From contig NC_058383.1 in the NCBI RefSeq assembly GCF_018350175.1, positions 26,910,001 to 26,974,000 on the forward strand: a stretch of 64,000 bases of DNA, in the 5' to 3' direction. The notes below the pieces were generated by a model that saw nothing but the letters and a program-made list of their open reading frames with translations, did no database searches and was not told the DNA's origin. The stretch is from Felis catus (Eukaryota). Below, in pieces: positions 36,536 to 48,434 of this stretch (position 1 is the first letter of the stretch; each line of letters begins with the position of its first letter). Position numbers and translations under genes: made by a program.

Positions 36536-37931
36536 GGCTCTACCTATTTCCATTCCTTCCAACACATTGAGACTGCCAGTGTCCTTACAGGCTGGCCAAT
36601 ACAGGTCTTACCAGTCATTTTAACTTTGTCATCTGATGGGCTCATTTTACTTTCCTGAGACTCTTACAATTGGGTCCCGTCATAAAATCTGGATATAGGG
36701 ACCTTTGAGAAGGCCTCCAACAAATGCAAGGAACTGCTGCCCCATCCCTCTAATTTGCCACGTGCTCATTTGGGCTCTGGAAGACTGACAAATGGTTATC
36801 AGGATAATTCTGAAAAGAAGAGGGGGCGGAGATCCTCAGACAAAACCTAATGGCTTCCAGGGGGCCTTGATTTGACTGGCAGCAAGACCCCTTCTGCCGG
36901 AGGTCAGCAAATCATAGACATTCATCCAGCTGAAAGCCAACCCATTCAGCCTTTCTGGGCAACACATTCAGACAGAACCTGGCACGTGTGGCTCAGGGCG
37001 GTGAAATAAATAGGACTTAATTTGTATTTTAAAGTCTTTTATCTCTCTTTAAGCCCTTGTGCTTCACTGGAATAAAATCTGATCAAGATGGAGAGAGGGG
37101 AGAATGCAGCTTTAATAGCGCATGATCTGCCATCTTGGCCCTTTCTTGGCGTTAACATTTACTTGGAGGCTTGCCATTTCCCTATCCTTCTCTTACACGA
37201 TTCTGGAACGATGGTCTTGTCGCTCTTCTAAACCATATGGCCTCAGTGTTCAGATGGTTTCAGGTGGGACTGGCAGGTTTGATATCCACCTCGCCCGATG
37301 AGAGACTTTGGGAGCAAACTGGGGTCTTTACCCTTTTCTCCCTGAGCCAGTCAGCCGCCATATTGATAAGATTAGCTGGTAATTAACAGCCCGGCCCAGC
37401 CAAGCAGAGGAGACGACTCAATTAGCAGAATGTCACTGCATCTAATTTACTTTGCTTATCAGAGATTTATTCTCTAATGACTATGAGAAGAAGATCAGGG
37501 CACCTTCAGTGGAAGGATCTGAGGGGTTTAAAAGCTGAAATGTGGTGTAACCTCTTTCGGTCTGCTGGTTTGCCTGCCAGTAAGGAGGTCTAATGCCATT
37601 TTGGGGAAGTGTTTGCACTGATGTATGTGCCTCAAGCTTCAGGAAAAAGAGATTGAATGATTCTCAGGGTGAGAGTTGATGCTTAGATCACAAAGTCTTT
37701 GTTCCTTGTTTATTTAAATCTCCCCTCCGTTTTTTAAAAGCAAAACTTGTTTCTCACATTTATTTTATGAGAAAACTCCTTCCATGGCTAGTTAGCTTTA
37801 CTTGTAATAATAGTAGTAGGAGCAAAAACATCACCTACAATAATAATAAAAGATATTTATTGGATCCTTGGCTACGCCAGGCATTGTATTCAGCCTTTTA
37901 CTTTGAACGGATTACCCTTAATCCTCTGAAA

Positions 37932-38594
37932 CAGGGGTTGGCAAGCTTTTTCTTAAAGGGCCAGATAGTAAATATTTTAGCCCTGTAGATCGAAAAGTCT
38001 CTGCTGCCACTACTCAACTTTGCCATTGTACCCAAAAAGCAGTCCTAAAACATACTGTTCACCTTCAAAACAGAACAGTCAGTTATTTTACCAGCAAAAA
38101 TGGGTTTATTCGGGAATAGCAGAGAATTGAGATTCGGGACATGCAGGCTACAGCTAAACCAGCAGCAAAGTTCAACAAAGGAGAGGAATGTTATTTTATG
38201 GTGAAGGAGAAGTTGGGAGAGGATGTTCTGAATGAAAGTAGATTGGAGAGAAGTGAGAGTGTAGGGTGATGTCAGTTGTTCACTGGCCAAGTTGCAGGCG
38301 TGGTTGATTTCTTGTGGGGAGAGGCAATGTGCATCTTTTTCTGTTGGGGTCTGTAACTGATGGTTCTTTAATGTTCTTTTTTCTGTTGGGGTCTAATTGA
38401 CAATTCTTCTTGTAATTGACATCGAGTGGTATAGCTCCCCCTTTTGGCCTCCCAGCTCCAGTTTGGGGGGTTTCCCTTTATTAATTTTCACGATATGTAA
38501 AGGAGTAGGTATGGCTGTGTTCCAGTAAAAGCTTAATTTACACAAATGGGCATTGGGCCCAATTTGGGCCATCGGCCAGAGTTTGACAAGACCT
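37932..38594 (+). mobile_element. MER58A (hAT-Charlie), split by an LTR
   Basis: caggggttggcaagc...aaagggccagatagtaaatatttt; resumes atggctgtgttccagtaaaa...gtttgacaagacctg. Confidence 0.88.
38056..38492 (-). mobile_element. ERV1-class solo LTR
   Basis: Begins tgtt; minus-strand AATAAA at 38105-38110; 4-bp TSD atac/atat; cleanly splits MER58A. Confidence 0.78.
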
Positions 38595-38755
38595 GCTCTA
38601 CATCTGTGTTTCTCAAACTTCAGGTTACGATTCATTAGTTATAGAATCAATTTAGTGTGTTGCAAAAATAAATCTTTAAAAACATGGAATAAGCCAAAAT
38701 AGAATAAAAACTACTGAAACCATTATTACACTATGTGTTAACTAAGTTGGATTTA

Positions 38756-38962
38756 TTTTCTTAATGTTTATTTTTGAGAGAGAGAAAGAGACAGAATGTG
38801 AGCGGGGGAGTGGCAGAGGGGGGCGGTGCACAGAATCCAAAGCAGGCTCGAGGCCCTGAGTTATCAGCACAGAGCCCAACTTGGGGCTCAAACTCATGAA
38901 CTGTGAGATCATGACCGGAGCCAAAGTTGGGCTTAACCAACTGAGTCACCAAGGTGCGCCCC
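38756..38962 (-). mobile_element. Can-SINE
   Basis: Full reverse body. Confidence 0.9.
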
Positions 38963-38991
38963 CCCCCCCTTTTTAAATCCAAGTTAATTGG

Positions 38992-39100
38992 GGAGCCTGC
39001 TTTGGATTCTGTGTCTCTCTGTCTCTCTCTCTCTGCCCCTCCCCCTCTCGCACTCTGTTTCTTTCTCTCTCTCTCAAAAAAGAATAAACATGAAAAAAAA
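38992..39100 (+). mobile_element. 5'-truncated Can-SINE (3' half)
   Basis: ggagcctgctttggattctgtgtctc, CT tract, A tail. Confidence 0.88.
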
Positions 39101-40404
39101 GAATAGAAACTATGTGAACTCATTACGTCTAATATGGATAACTCCCATTTTAATTTCAGATATGTGCATATATATGTACCCATGTATGCACATGTATGTG
39201 TATATGTGTGTACTTGTGTGCATGTGTGTTCAGGACTTTGATGTAAACTGTATTTCTTATTATGGATCATGATCATAAAAGTTTGAAAAATACTGTTCTT
39301 AGTAAGTAAGAGTCAATATACTATGCATTGTTACAGCTGAGGAAACAGAGACCTAGAAAGACATAAAGTGACTTGCCCCAAATCAGACAGGCAGAAGGGC
39401 TGGGGTTCAAATGCTGGTGGAGGGCAGAGCCTGAGGGAAGGAGCTAATACACAGACTAGTCTAACAGGCATTTTATTCTAAGATAACAAGCCTCTGAGAT
39501 AAGCTTTTTCCCTTGCTCACTTTGGAAATGCTAATGAGCAGTCAGATGGTTAAAATTCCTTCCACTGGAAAGAAAATAAAGGAAAACAAGGGCCAGGCAT
39601 ATTCCACAAATTGAATAGTTTCCTGCTGAAGCAAACTGAATGTCTTTTTTTCCTTCCTGGAATTTCCACTGGAATTGCTATTTATCACAATGTATTTTTC
39701 TTCCAACACATTTTAGAAAGTCAGTTGGAATTGATTTGAGACTCTAAACAGTCTTGTGAATGAAAAAGCCGAGTGTAACCTATTCAAACAGCCCCTCTTC
39801 CTTAATCTAGTAACACGTGAGATGCAATTTAAATGATAATGTTAACCAAAATGTGAGAAATGCAACGTTATGCTGGAAAAGTGTTGTTGTTGTTTTTTTA
39901 ACCCCCACTGAAAAGACAAATGGCTGAGACATTTATATCTGCCGCACTTATAAGGAAGAAAATGCTCAACCCATTAATTTTATTGCTGTGGTGCTGAATT
40001 TGAAGGGAGGGTGAAGTTTCTGAATGCTATTACAGGACTCCAGCAGTTCGAACAAGATGGTGGCCAGCAGAGAGGAAAGCTATAGCAAAACCCAATGATT
40101 TTAAGGAAGATTTCTCCTCTTTCATCCTGGTGTGGCGGAATGAGTCTTTCTCCAAGTGAGGCTCCTTGGAAATTTTTCTCTTAAATTGAGACTTTAGAAT
40201 CACTTTGTAAGTTTGTGTTTTTAAGGCCAACCCCCCGTAAGTTGTTTGCTGCTCAATTTAAAGACAGGTCTCCCTGGCAATGGTGCTTGACCCCCTTGGG
40301 GGCGGGAGGGGGTGCCAGGGGCACAGGGGAAGGTGGTTTATGCAGGCAGAAAATAGAATTTAGTGTTACAGGAAATAATGTAGGTAAACATTAGTTTCAG
40401 TAAG

Positions 40405-40444
40405 GGAAAAAACTCAAAAACAAAGGAAAAAACTCAAAAACAAA
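40405..40444. repeat. Perfect 20-bp tandem duplication
   Basis: ggaaaaaactcaaaaacaaa x2. Confidence 0.95.
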
Positions 40445-40464
40445 GCATGTTAGGGTTTTTATCA

Positions 40465-40472
40465 TTTTTATT

Positions 40473-40507
<35 letters not shown>

Positions 40508-40701
40508 TGTTTGTTTTTTTGGAGAGAGAGAGATCGAGTGAGTGGGGGAGGGGCAGAGAGAGAGGGAGGCAGAATCCCAAGCAGGTTCTGTGCTGTTAGC
40601 ACAGAACCCAACATGGGCCTGAACTCATAAACCGTGAGATCATGACCTGAGCCAAAATCAAGAGTCAGATGCTTAACCAGTGGAGCCACCCAGGCGCCCC
40701 C
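40465..40701 (-). mobile_element. Can-SINE with (TTTA)n tail
   Basis: Reverse head gagccacccaggcgcccc. Confidence 0.93.
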
Positions 40702-41022
40702 GTCTCTGAATTTTCTCAATGAGTTTGGATAGTTCAATATTCAGTTTTTTCTATGTCATGATCATGCCAAATAGCTTCCACAGTTGAATGGTGTAATATA
40801 TATTTTATGATCTTTTCCTTTTTACTGCACAACCAGTTCCCGTGAAGTTAATATTTGCCTTTTAAAAATTCGCTCAATTTTCTATGTTCTTGTCACTAAT
40901 TCAACGCTCAATTTTTCACTAGTAATGATATCCATTTTTATCAGGTCAGCTATCAAGTTTTACCTTTTAGGAATTTGAAGCTTCTGGGGTCTTCAAATCT
41001 GCCCCTTTCTTCCTGAGGCCAG

Positions 41023-41796
41023 TGTTGGGAAGGAACAATTTTCCTTTACCCTTCAAGGTTCTTTTGGCTGGTCTAAGAATTAAATTGACGTGAGACACAT
41101 TAATAGAAGAAAATCAAATTTAATTGCATACATATGGGATTCCCTTTAGATTAGGAGGCCCACAGACAGTCAGGCAAGTGTGGCTTATATGCCTCCAGAG
41201 CTGAGGAGAAGGGGGTAGGGGTCTGGAACTTCCAAGGGAAGGAAGATAATTCACAGGAAGGTGAAGAAGAGTAAGTGTTTGGTGAACAAGTGTTTGTTGG
41301 GCCATACAGCAGCAAAGAGACACAGAAAGGAATTTTAACTGTCAGATTTTGCTAGCTTTCTCCCTGCCTAGTTCATATAACACTGTAGTTACCTATGGTG
41401 ATAGCTGCCTTCCTGGATCAGGTCCTCTGTCTAAATTCTTTTAGGCATTTAGGGAGAAGATCAAAGTTTCTTTCTGAGCCTTCTATTTCTTAAAAATAAT
41501 CAGCCTCAGGGCGCCTGGGTGGCTCAGTTGGTTAAGCGTCTGACTTCGGCTCAGGTCACAATCTCACAGTTTGTGAGTTCAAGCCCCACATCAGGCTGTC
41601 TGTGCTGACAGCTCAGAGCCTGGAGCCTGCTTCAGATTCTGTGTCTCCTTCTATCTCTGCCCCTCCCCCACTTGTGCTCGTCTCTCTCTGTCTCTCGAAA
41701 ATAAATAAATGTAAAATAAATAAATAAATCATCAGCTTAAAATTATCCACATGCCAAAGAGATACGTTTTTGGGTGGCAGATTTTGCTTCCCTACA
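41023..41796 (-). mobile_element. ERV1 solo LTR (MER34-family-like), split by a SINE
   Basis: TG...CA ends; terminal atgccaaagag...ttttgggtggcag...cctaca resembles the reverse MER34 start. Confidence 0.75.
41508..41728 (+). mobile_element. Can-SINE (felid type)
   Basis: aaataatcagc/aaatcatcagc flanks. Confidence 0.94.
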
Positions 41797-41899
41797 CAGG
41801 GAAACCAGCTCTCGTTCTGGATCTTCCTTCCTCACCCTCCTGGCCCATCCCCTTTGTCCTCCATGGAGGATACCCTATTTCTCCTAGCCCTCGTTCAAC

Positions 41900-42470
41900 G
41901 TTCTTGATTTATTCTTTCAATTTAGTTAGCCCTCCTTTCACTAGGTTTCTGAGAAAGGAGTTATTATTATTATTTTTGGAGATGTTATATGTAAATGTTG
42001 GATATGGAATCCTAGGTTAGAGATCACTTTCCTCAAAATTTTAAAGATACTACGCTGCCATCCTCTAGTTTTTAGATTGCTGTTGAGAAGTCTGAAACCA
42101 CTCTATTTTGACTCTGCATAGGACCTCCTTTTTCTCTGGGGAAACTTGTAAAATTTTGAGCCAGTTTCTGAAATTCCATGACCTTTCATGAAGTTCCATG
42201 ACATTGGTCATTGTGCTAATCTTTTGAAGCCAGAAACACATGTTCTTAGGTTCTGGAGAACTTTATTAAATTATTTAATGGATAGTTTCTTCACCTCCAT
42301 TTTTTTGTTTGTTTTCTTTCTAAAACTCTTCTTATTCAGATGTAGGTTCTCTGTGAGAAAAAAAAAAAATTATTCTCTCCTATTTTGTGTTCCTTTGTCT
42401 TTTTTTCGGTTCTGGAAATTTTTTGTCAATCTAATCTTCAAACCCTTTCACCAAAGCATTTAGTGAAAAT
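41900..42470 (-). mobile_element. Old L1M fragment
   Basis: ttgctgttgagaagtctga...ttctggagaactttattaaattat antisense L1 text. Confidence 0.55.
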
Positions 42471-42475
42471 AAATT

Positions 42476-42481
42476 TCTTTT

Positions 42482-42514
<33 letters not shown>

Positions 42515-42553
42515 TTTCTTTCTTTCTTTCTTCCTCTTTTCTTTCTTCTTTTT
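42476..42553. repeat. (CTTT)n imperfect microsatellite
   Basis: Read directly. Confidence 0.9.
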
Positions 42554-42572
42554 TTAGAAATTTATGTGTGCT

Positions 42573-42762
42573 TTTTTTTAATGTTTATTTTTGAAAGATA
42601 AAGCATGAGTGGCATAGGGGCAGAGAGAGAGGGAGACAGAGGATCTGAAGTGGGCTCTGTGCTGACAGCAGTGAGCCCAATGTGAGGCTTGAACTCAAGA
42701 ACTGTGAGATCATGACATGGGCCAAAGCCAGATGCTTGATGGACTGAGCCACCCAGGTGCCC
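42573..42762 (-). mobile_element. Can-SINE
   Basis: gtgtgct flanks; reverse head. Confidence 0.92.
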
Positions 42763-43294
42763 CGGTGTGCTGGTGTGCTATCGCATTGCTAACTTTCCAA
42801 GGGCTCTTTTTTCTCTCTGGATGATTATGTTTTTAATAGTAGGTAGAAAGGTCAGTGCAATGCCCTAAAATAAACATGGTAGTGTAATGTGTAGTCTGCA
42901 AGGAGGATGTCATGCCTGGAACAAGCTGAACAAGGTTAAGTGTGTGAGCAAAGCGGTCAGACACGTAATGGAGGGGAGGGGGCACACACCATGGAGGGTC
43001 CCATGGAGCCCTCGCTTGAAGTCATGAAAGACAGTGTTTAAGCCTAACTTTGTCCCTTATTTGGAAAAACTCACTTAGCTTCTCTGAACCTCAGTTTTCC
43101 TATCTATAAAATGAACCATTAGAATCTCTGAGAAATCTTACAACTCTACTATTCTCATGGATCTTTATCTGCATCAACACTCTTCAAGAGAGAAAGACCG
43201 CAATACTTAAATTTGTGGGTGCAGTAAAACCTTGGATTGGGAGTAACTTTTTCTGCGAGTGTTCCGCAAGACAAGTAAACATTTCTAATAAGTG

Positions 43295-43511
43295 TTTTTT
43301 AATGTTTTTATTTATTTGAGAGAGAGAGAGAGAGAGAGAGAGATAGTGTGAGTGGGGGAGGGGCAGAGAGAGAGGCAAACACAGAATCTGAAGCAGGCTC
43401 CAGGCTCTGAGCTGTCAGCACCGAGTCTAACACAGTGCTTGACTTCACAAACCGTGGGATCGTGACCTGAACTGAAGTCGGACAGTTGACCGAGTGAGCC
43501 ACCCAGGTGCT
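43295..43511 (-). mobile_element. Can-SINE (felid type)
   Basis: tctaataa flanks. Confidence 0.92.
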
Positions 43512-44904
43512 CTCTAATAAATTTTAACGTGATAAACAAGCGATGTCTTGCAGTATGAGTAGTACATGATGCCGAATGTCCCATGATCACAACTGAGCCC
43601 ATGGTTCTTCAACTTCTCTTTGATAAATGTGCTTTGGATTACAAACCTGCAAACCTAGGTTTTACTGTATATACTTTATGCTTTTCTAAATGCCTGTGTA
43701 TATCTAACTTCTACTTCACCCAGCAGGGTAGAACTTTGACTCCTGAGGAAACTGCACATTTGTGGTTAAGTGACCTGCCCGAGGTCACCCAAGGAGTTAG
43801 TGGCAGGATCAAATTAGAATGAGGGTTTTGGGGTCCCAAACTGAACTTTGATGCAGAAGCCATGAGTAAGTCAACCCCCTCAAGCCATGACCAAGAAGGA
43901 CCTAATTCACTGGAAGGAAAATGCTGAGCCTGCCTTCAGAGTCCTTCAAAGTAAGCCTTCTGCACAGTTAGCTGAAGGAGAGGGCTGTGCTGAGAATTAG
44001 TACACCGTAAATATATCATCACTAAGCCAGAGAGGCTGATATTTGCATAAAGCCAGCTCCTTGTGCAGCTACCTGAATGGATCCCATGAAGGAGGGGTCT
44101 ACTTAGCCAGCATGGGTTTTATAGCCACTGTGAATCTGGAGGACTGAACATTTGGGCCAGAGCCCTTCAGCTTTCTCTGTTGTTTGAGATAGTTGTTTTG
44201 TTTTGTTTTTTTTAAAGCTAGGGATTAGCTTTGACAAGTCCCTTCTCCTTTAAAGGACCATCCTCTCTAAATTTACTTAACTGATAGTGAGAGTGAAGAG
44301 GTCCAAATTGACAGTAACCAAGTTCATTGAAGAGAGATCAGGAAGTGCCAGGAACGCCATAATTTGCATAATTAGAATGTATTGTTTAAGGGAACAAGGA
44401 TCAGGTTTTCCCATTTCAGAGTTGAAAATGCCCCAAGATTAATTTCATCCAGCATGTTCCTTAATGATATGAAAAGTAATCAAAATAAGTAATCAAGAAA
44501 AGCAAAGTGTCCTAAGATGATAATGACAGTAACAATCAATAACAACCATAACCAGAATTGTATTTTACTTTTGCATTTTAAAATTGTGTACCAGACCCTG
44601 GGCTTAGCATGCCAAAGCATATTTCATACCTTTCTGGGTTTGAACAAATATTCTCGGCATTTTACCAGCGACTTTGGGTGAGTTGCTTAGAGCTCAGCTA
44701 GACGCCCAGAGTCACACAGCATGTAAGGGGCACAGGTGGAATTTGAACGTGGGTTATCAGAATGTAAATTCTACCCCTCTTAAACTGTTACGCTGTATTG
44801 CCCCTTAAAGAAAGTCTTCTTTACAATTGTCACCTCTGAATGTCATGTTGGGTATAGGAGAGAAAGTTTATTTTTTCTTTCTCAGTCAGTAGGAAAGTCA
44901 TTTA

Positions 44905-45153
44905 TTTTGCAATTTTTATTTTTATTCTTTATTTATTTTTATTTAAAAATTGTTTTATGTTTATTTACTTTTGAGAGAGAAACAGAGTGTGAGCCAGGGA
45001 GGGTCAGAGAGAGAGAGAGACAGAATCTGAAGCAGGCTCTGGGCTCTGAGCTGTCAGCACAGAGTCCGATGCGGGGCAAGAGCTCACGGACCGCAAGATC
45101 ATGACCTGAGCAAAAGGTGGACGCTTAACCGACTGAGCCAACCAGATAACCCC
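44905..45153 (-). mobile_element. Can-SINE
   Basis: Reverse body with long T-rich tail. Confidence 0.9.
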
Positions 45154-45154
45154 A

Positions 45155-46686
45155 AGTCTCTATCTGTTAAACACTAAATCTTCCATTCCCTCTTTTGCCC
45201 ACGTCCCAGTAAACTCTATTCTACTTCCTGTCTCTGTAAATTTGCCTCTTCTAGGTACCTCACAGAAATGCAATCCTACAATATACATCCTTTTGTGTCG
45301 GGCTTGTTTCACTTAGCATAATATTTTCAAGGTTTGTGCATGTTACATGTGTCAGAATTCAATTCCTTCTTATGCTGAATAACATTGCATTGCATGTCTA
45401 GAACATATTTTGTTTATCCATTCATCTGTTGAGGGCTATTGTTCTGCCTTTGGCTACTGTGAATAATACTCCTGTGAACACTGGTGTACAAGGATCTGTT
45501 TGAGTCCCTGCTTTCAATTCTTTTGGATATATACCTAGAAGTAGAATTTACCAGATCATATGGTAATTCTACACTTAACTTTTTGAGGAACCACAAAGCC
45601 ATTTTCCAGAGTGGCTGTACCATTTTACATTCCTATCAACAGGGTTCCAGTTTTTCCACATCCTCTCCAACACTTGTTATTTTCATTTTTTGGTCACTCT
45701 TGTTCTAGTAGGTGTGAAGTGGTCTCTCATTGCATTTTTTTTTCAACTTTTATTTTATTTTTGGGACAGAGAGAGAGAGAGCATGAATGGGGGTGGGGCA
45801 GAGAGAGAGGGAGACACAGAATCGGAAACAGGCTCCAGGCTCCGAGCCATCAGCCCAGAGCCTGACGCGGGGCTCGAACTCACAGACCGCGAGATCGTGA
45901 CCTGGCTGAAGTTGGACGCTTAACCGACTGCGCCACCCAGGCGCCCCTGTCTCATTGCATTTTGATTTGCATCTCCCTAAGGACTAATGGTGTAGAGCGT
46001 CTCTTCGTGTGCTTATTGGTCCTTTGTTTATCTTCTTTGGAGGAATGTGTACTCAAGCCCTTTGTCCATCTTTGAATTGGGTTGCTTGTTTTTTGTTGTT
46101 GAGTTGTAGGAGGTTTTTTCCTTTTTTGGGGGGCATATTCTGAGTATTAATCCCTTTTCAGATATATGATTTGCAAACGTTTTCTCTCATTTTGTGGGTG
46201 CTCTTTTCACTCTCTTAATCATGTACTCCTGGGCACCAAAGTTTTTATCTTGATAAAGTCCGATTCATGAATTTGTTGTTGTTGCTGTACTTTTGGTGTC
46301 ATATCCAAGGAATCATTACCAAATCCAATATTATAAGATTTTCCCCTACATTTTCTTCTAAGAGTTTTATAGTTTTAGTTCTCAAAATTTAGGTCTTTGA
46401 TCCATTTTCAGTTAATTTTTGTATATATTAAAAAATAAGGGTTCAGCTTTATTCCTTAGCCTGTGGATATCCCATTTGTCCCAGGACCATTTGTTGAAGG
46501 ACAGTCTTTCCCCATTGAATGGACTCAGCACCCTTGTCAAAAATCATTTGACTCTATATGCGAGGGCTTATTTCTGGGCTAGCTGGTCTGTCCATTGGAC
46601 ACCATGTCTATCTTTATATCATTAACACTATTTTGATGACTGTAGTTTCACAGTAAGTTTTGAAATCAGAAGGCATGAGTCCTCCA
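45155..46686 (-). mobile_element. Old L1 (L1MB-like) ORF2 3' part and UTR, split by a SINE
   Basis: ORF 45414-45623 VQPLWK..WFLKKL.VELPYD; continuous antisense L1 text to agttttgaaatcagaag. Confidence 0.92.
45740..45947 (-). mobile_element. Young felid SINE (SINEC_Fc type)
   Basis: Diagnostic ccatcagcccag, cgtgacctggctgaa, actgcgcc; TSD tctcattgcatttt. Confidence 0.96.
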
Positions 46687-46889
46687 GGAAAAGTCATTTT
46701 GATTCACATGAGATGAAAATTAAGATGTGGATTCATTTCAGATCACTTCGTGCAAAAGAGATGGCAATCAGCCAGTCTGAAGCCCAGAGTTTCTCTTAGC
46801 ATTATCCAAACTGCAGACTTCTTTGGAGGCGTGTGCCTACCTCTCTTTAATTTAGTCTTTCAGATGGTGGAAGGAGGTAGGATGGAGAC

Positions 46890-47325
46890 CAAAGCCAGTG
46901 CCGACAGAGGTGTGAATTGGTTCAGTCTTTTTGGGGGACAGTTGGATATAAGAATCATAATCCTTGAAAATACACTGCCACCTGACTCACAGTGTTTTGG
47001 GGTAGAGTCATAATAAGTGGACTCACACAGAAATTTGCTCACAAAGACATTCAATCTAGCATTGTTACTGTAGCAATGATAAACAACACAAAAATTTGAG
47101 TGGCTCCTCATGGAATCATGGTACATGATCCCATGTGATGGGATACCATGTTAAAAACATGTTGTCGAAGTTTATTCATAAGATGGTGAGATGATGGTAA
47201 AGATAATTATTTAAATTTAAGAAAATTTTATATATACTATGCCATTTCATAGTCAATCAGATTTGGAGATCATAAAATATCCAAACGCACCCCCCCCACA
47301 CACACACACTGGAAGGATAGATACC
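46890..47325 (+). mobile_element. L1ME-like remnant
   Basis: gtgaattggttcagtctttttggggg...agacattcaatctagcattgtt. Confidence 0.5.
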
Positions 47326-47326
47326 A

Positions 47327-47542
47327 TTTTTTAAAAAATGTTTATTTATTTTTGAGAGAGAGAGAGACAGAGCATGAGCTGGGGAGGGGCAGAGAGAGAG
47401 AGAGGGAGACAGAGAATCTGAAGCAGTCTCTGGGGTCTGAGCTGTCAGCACAGAGCCCGACACGGGGCTGGAACTCATAAACTGGGAGATCATGACCTGA
47501 GCTGAAGTCGGACGCTTGACCGACTGAGCCACCCAGGCACCC
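47327..47542 (-). mobile_element. Can-SINE (felid type)
   Basis: agatacc flanks. Confidence 0.93.
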
Positions 47543-47571
47543 TGGAGAGATACCCTTATTAACAGTGGTTA

Positions 47572-47955
47572 TGTTAGGTTTGGCCCTGCAGAAGTTGATC
47601 CTGAGACAAGGATTGTGTGCAATAGATTTATGGGGGAAGTGCTTCCGGGAGGAAGAGAAGGGATGGAGGAAGCAGGATAGAAAAGGGAGGAAGCAAAGCA
47701 ATGATGTAATTTCAGGCCAAGTCATGTGGGGGGCAACTCCAGCCTGATGCAGATTCTCCACACAGCAGGCACTGTCCGGGGACCACCCTGGGCAGGACAC
47801 CCAGGCACTCTGGATAAAGCTGCCCTGGTTAGCCTGATGGCAGTCCCCTGCGCAGGAGTCACAGGTGCAAACCATCAGGAGCAAAAGCTTACAAAACTGA
47901 GGAATAAACATGCAGAAATGGTAAAGGGGATCCTAAGGAATCTGGTGAACACCCC
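47572..47955 (-). mobile_element. Ancient ERVL-class LTR (LTR16/33/41-like)
   Basis: cagaagttgatcctgagacaaggatt...gaggaagcaggatagaaaagggagg; similar to 34115. Confidence 0.55.
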
Positions 47956-48162
47956 ATTGATCAGACTGATAAATTTTTGTAATCAAGGAAAAGGTGTTAT
48001 TTTTGTAATAATCACCTATTATTTGAAAAATTATACACAGAAACAAAGATCTTTCAAAGTCTTCTACAGTCTCAGATTTATTTCACAGAATTATGCATAG
48101 AATTTTGTGACAAAGGCTCTTTCCCGTAGCCATGCCACATTGGCTGTTCAGGCAATATTCTT

Positions 48163-48383
48163 TTTAAAAAAATTTTTTTTAATGTTTATTTATTTTTGAG
48201 AGAGACAGAGACAGAATGTGAGTGGGTTGGGACAGAGAGAGAGGGAGACACAGAATCTGAAGCAGGCTCCAGGCTCCGAGCTGTCAGCACCAGAGCCCGA
48301 CGTGGGGCTCGAACTCATGAGGTGTGAGATCACGACCTGAGCTGAAGTCGGACACTCAACCGACTGAGCCACCCAGGCGCCCC
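48163..48383 (-). mobile_element. Can-SINE (felid type)
   Basis: Perfect TSD tgttcaggcaatattctt. Confidence 0.96.
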
Positions 48384-48434
48384 TGTTCAGGCAATATTCT
48401 TATAAAGCTTTGAGGCCCTAAATTCTTCGTTCCA

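Larger units (their letters stand above)
38604..39296 (+). mobile_element. hAT-Charlie-like MITE, interrupted
   Basis: gtgtttctcaaact...aatcaatttagtg; ends gtatttcttattatggatcatgatcataaaagtttgaaaaatactg; related copy at about 55087. Confidence 0.6.

Noticed and set aside
47342..47911. 189-aa ORF, the longest in the window
   Set aside because: Composed of an old LTR and a Can-SINE. Its C-terminus is the SINE-derived peptide seen many times in the ORF track.
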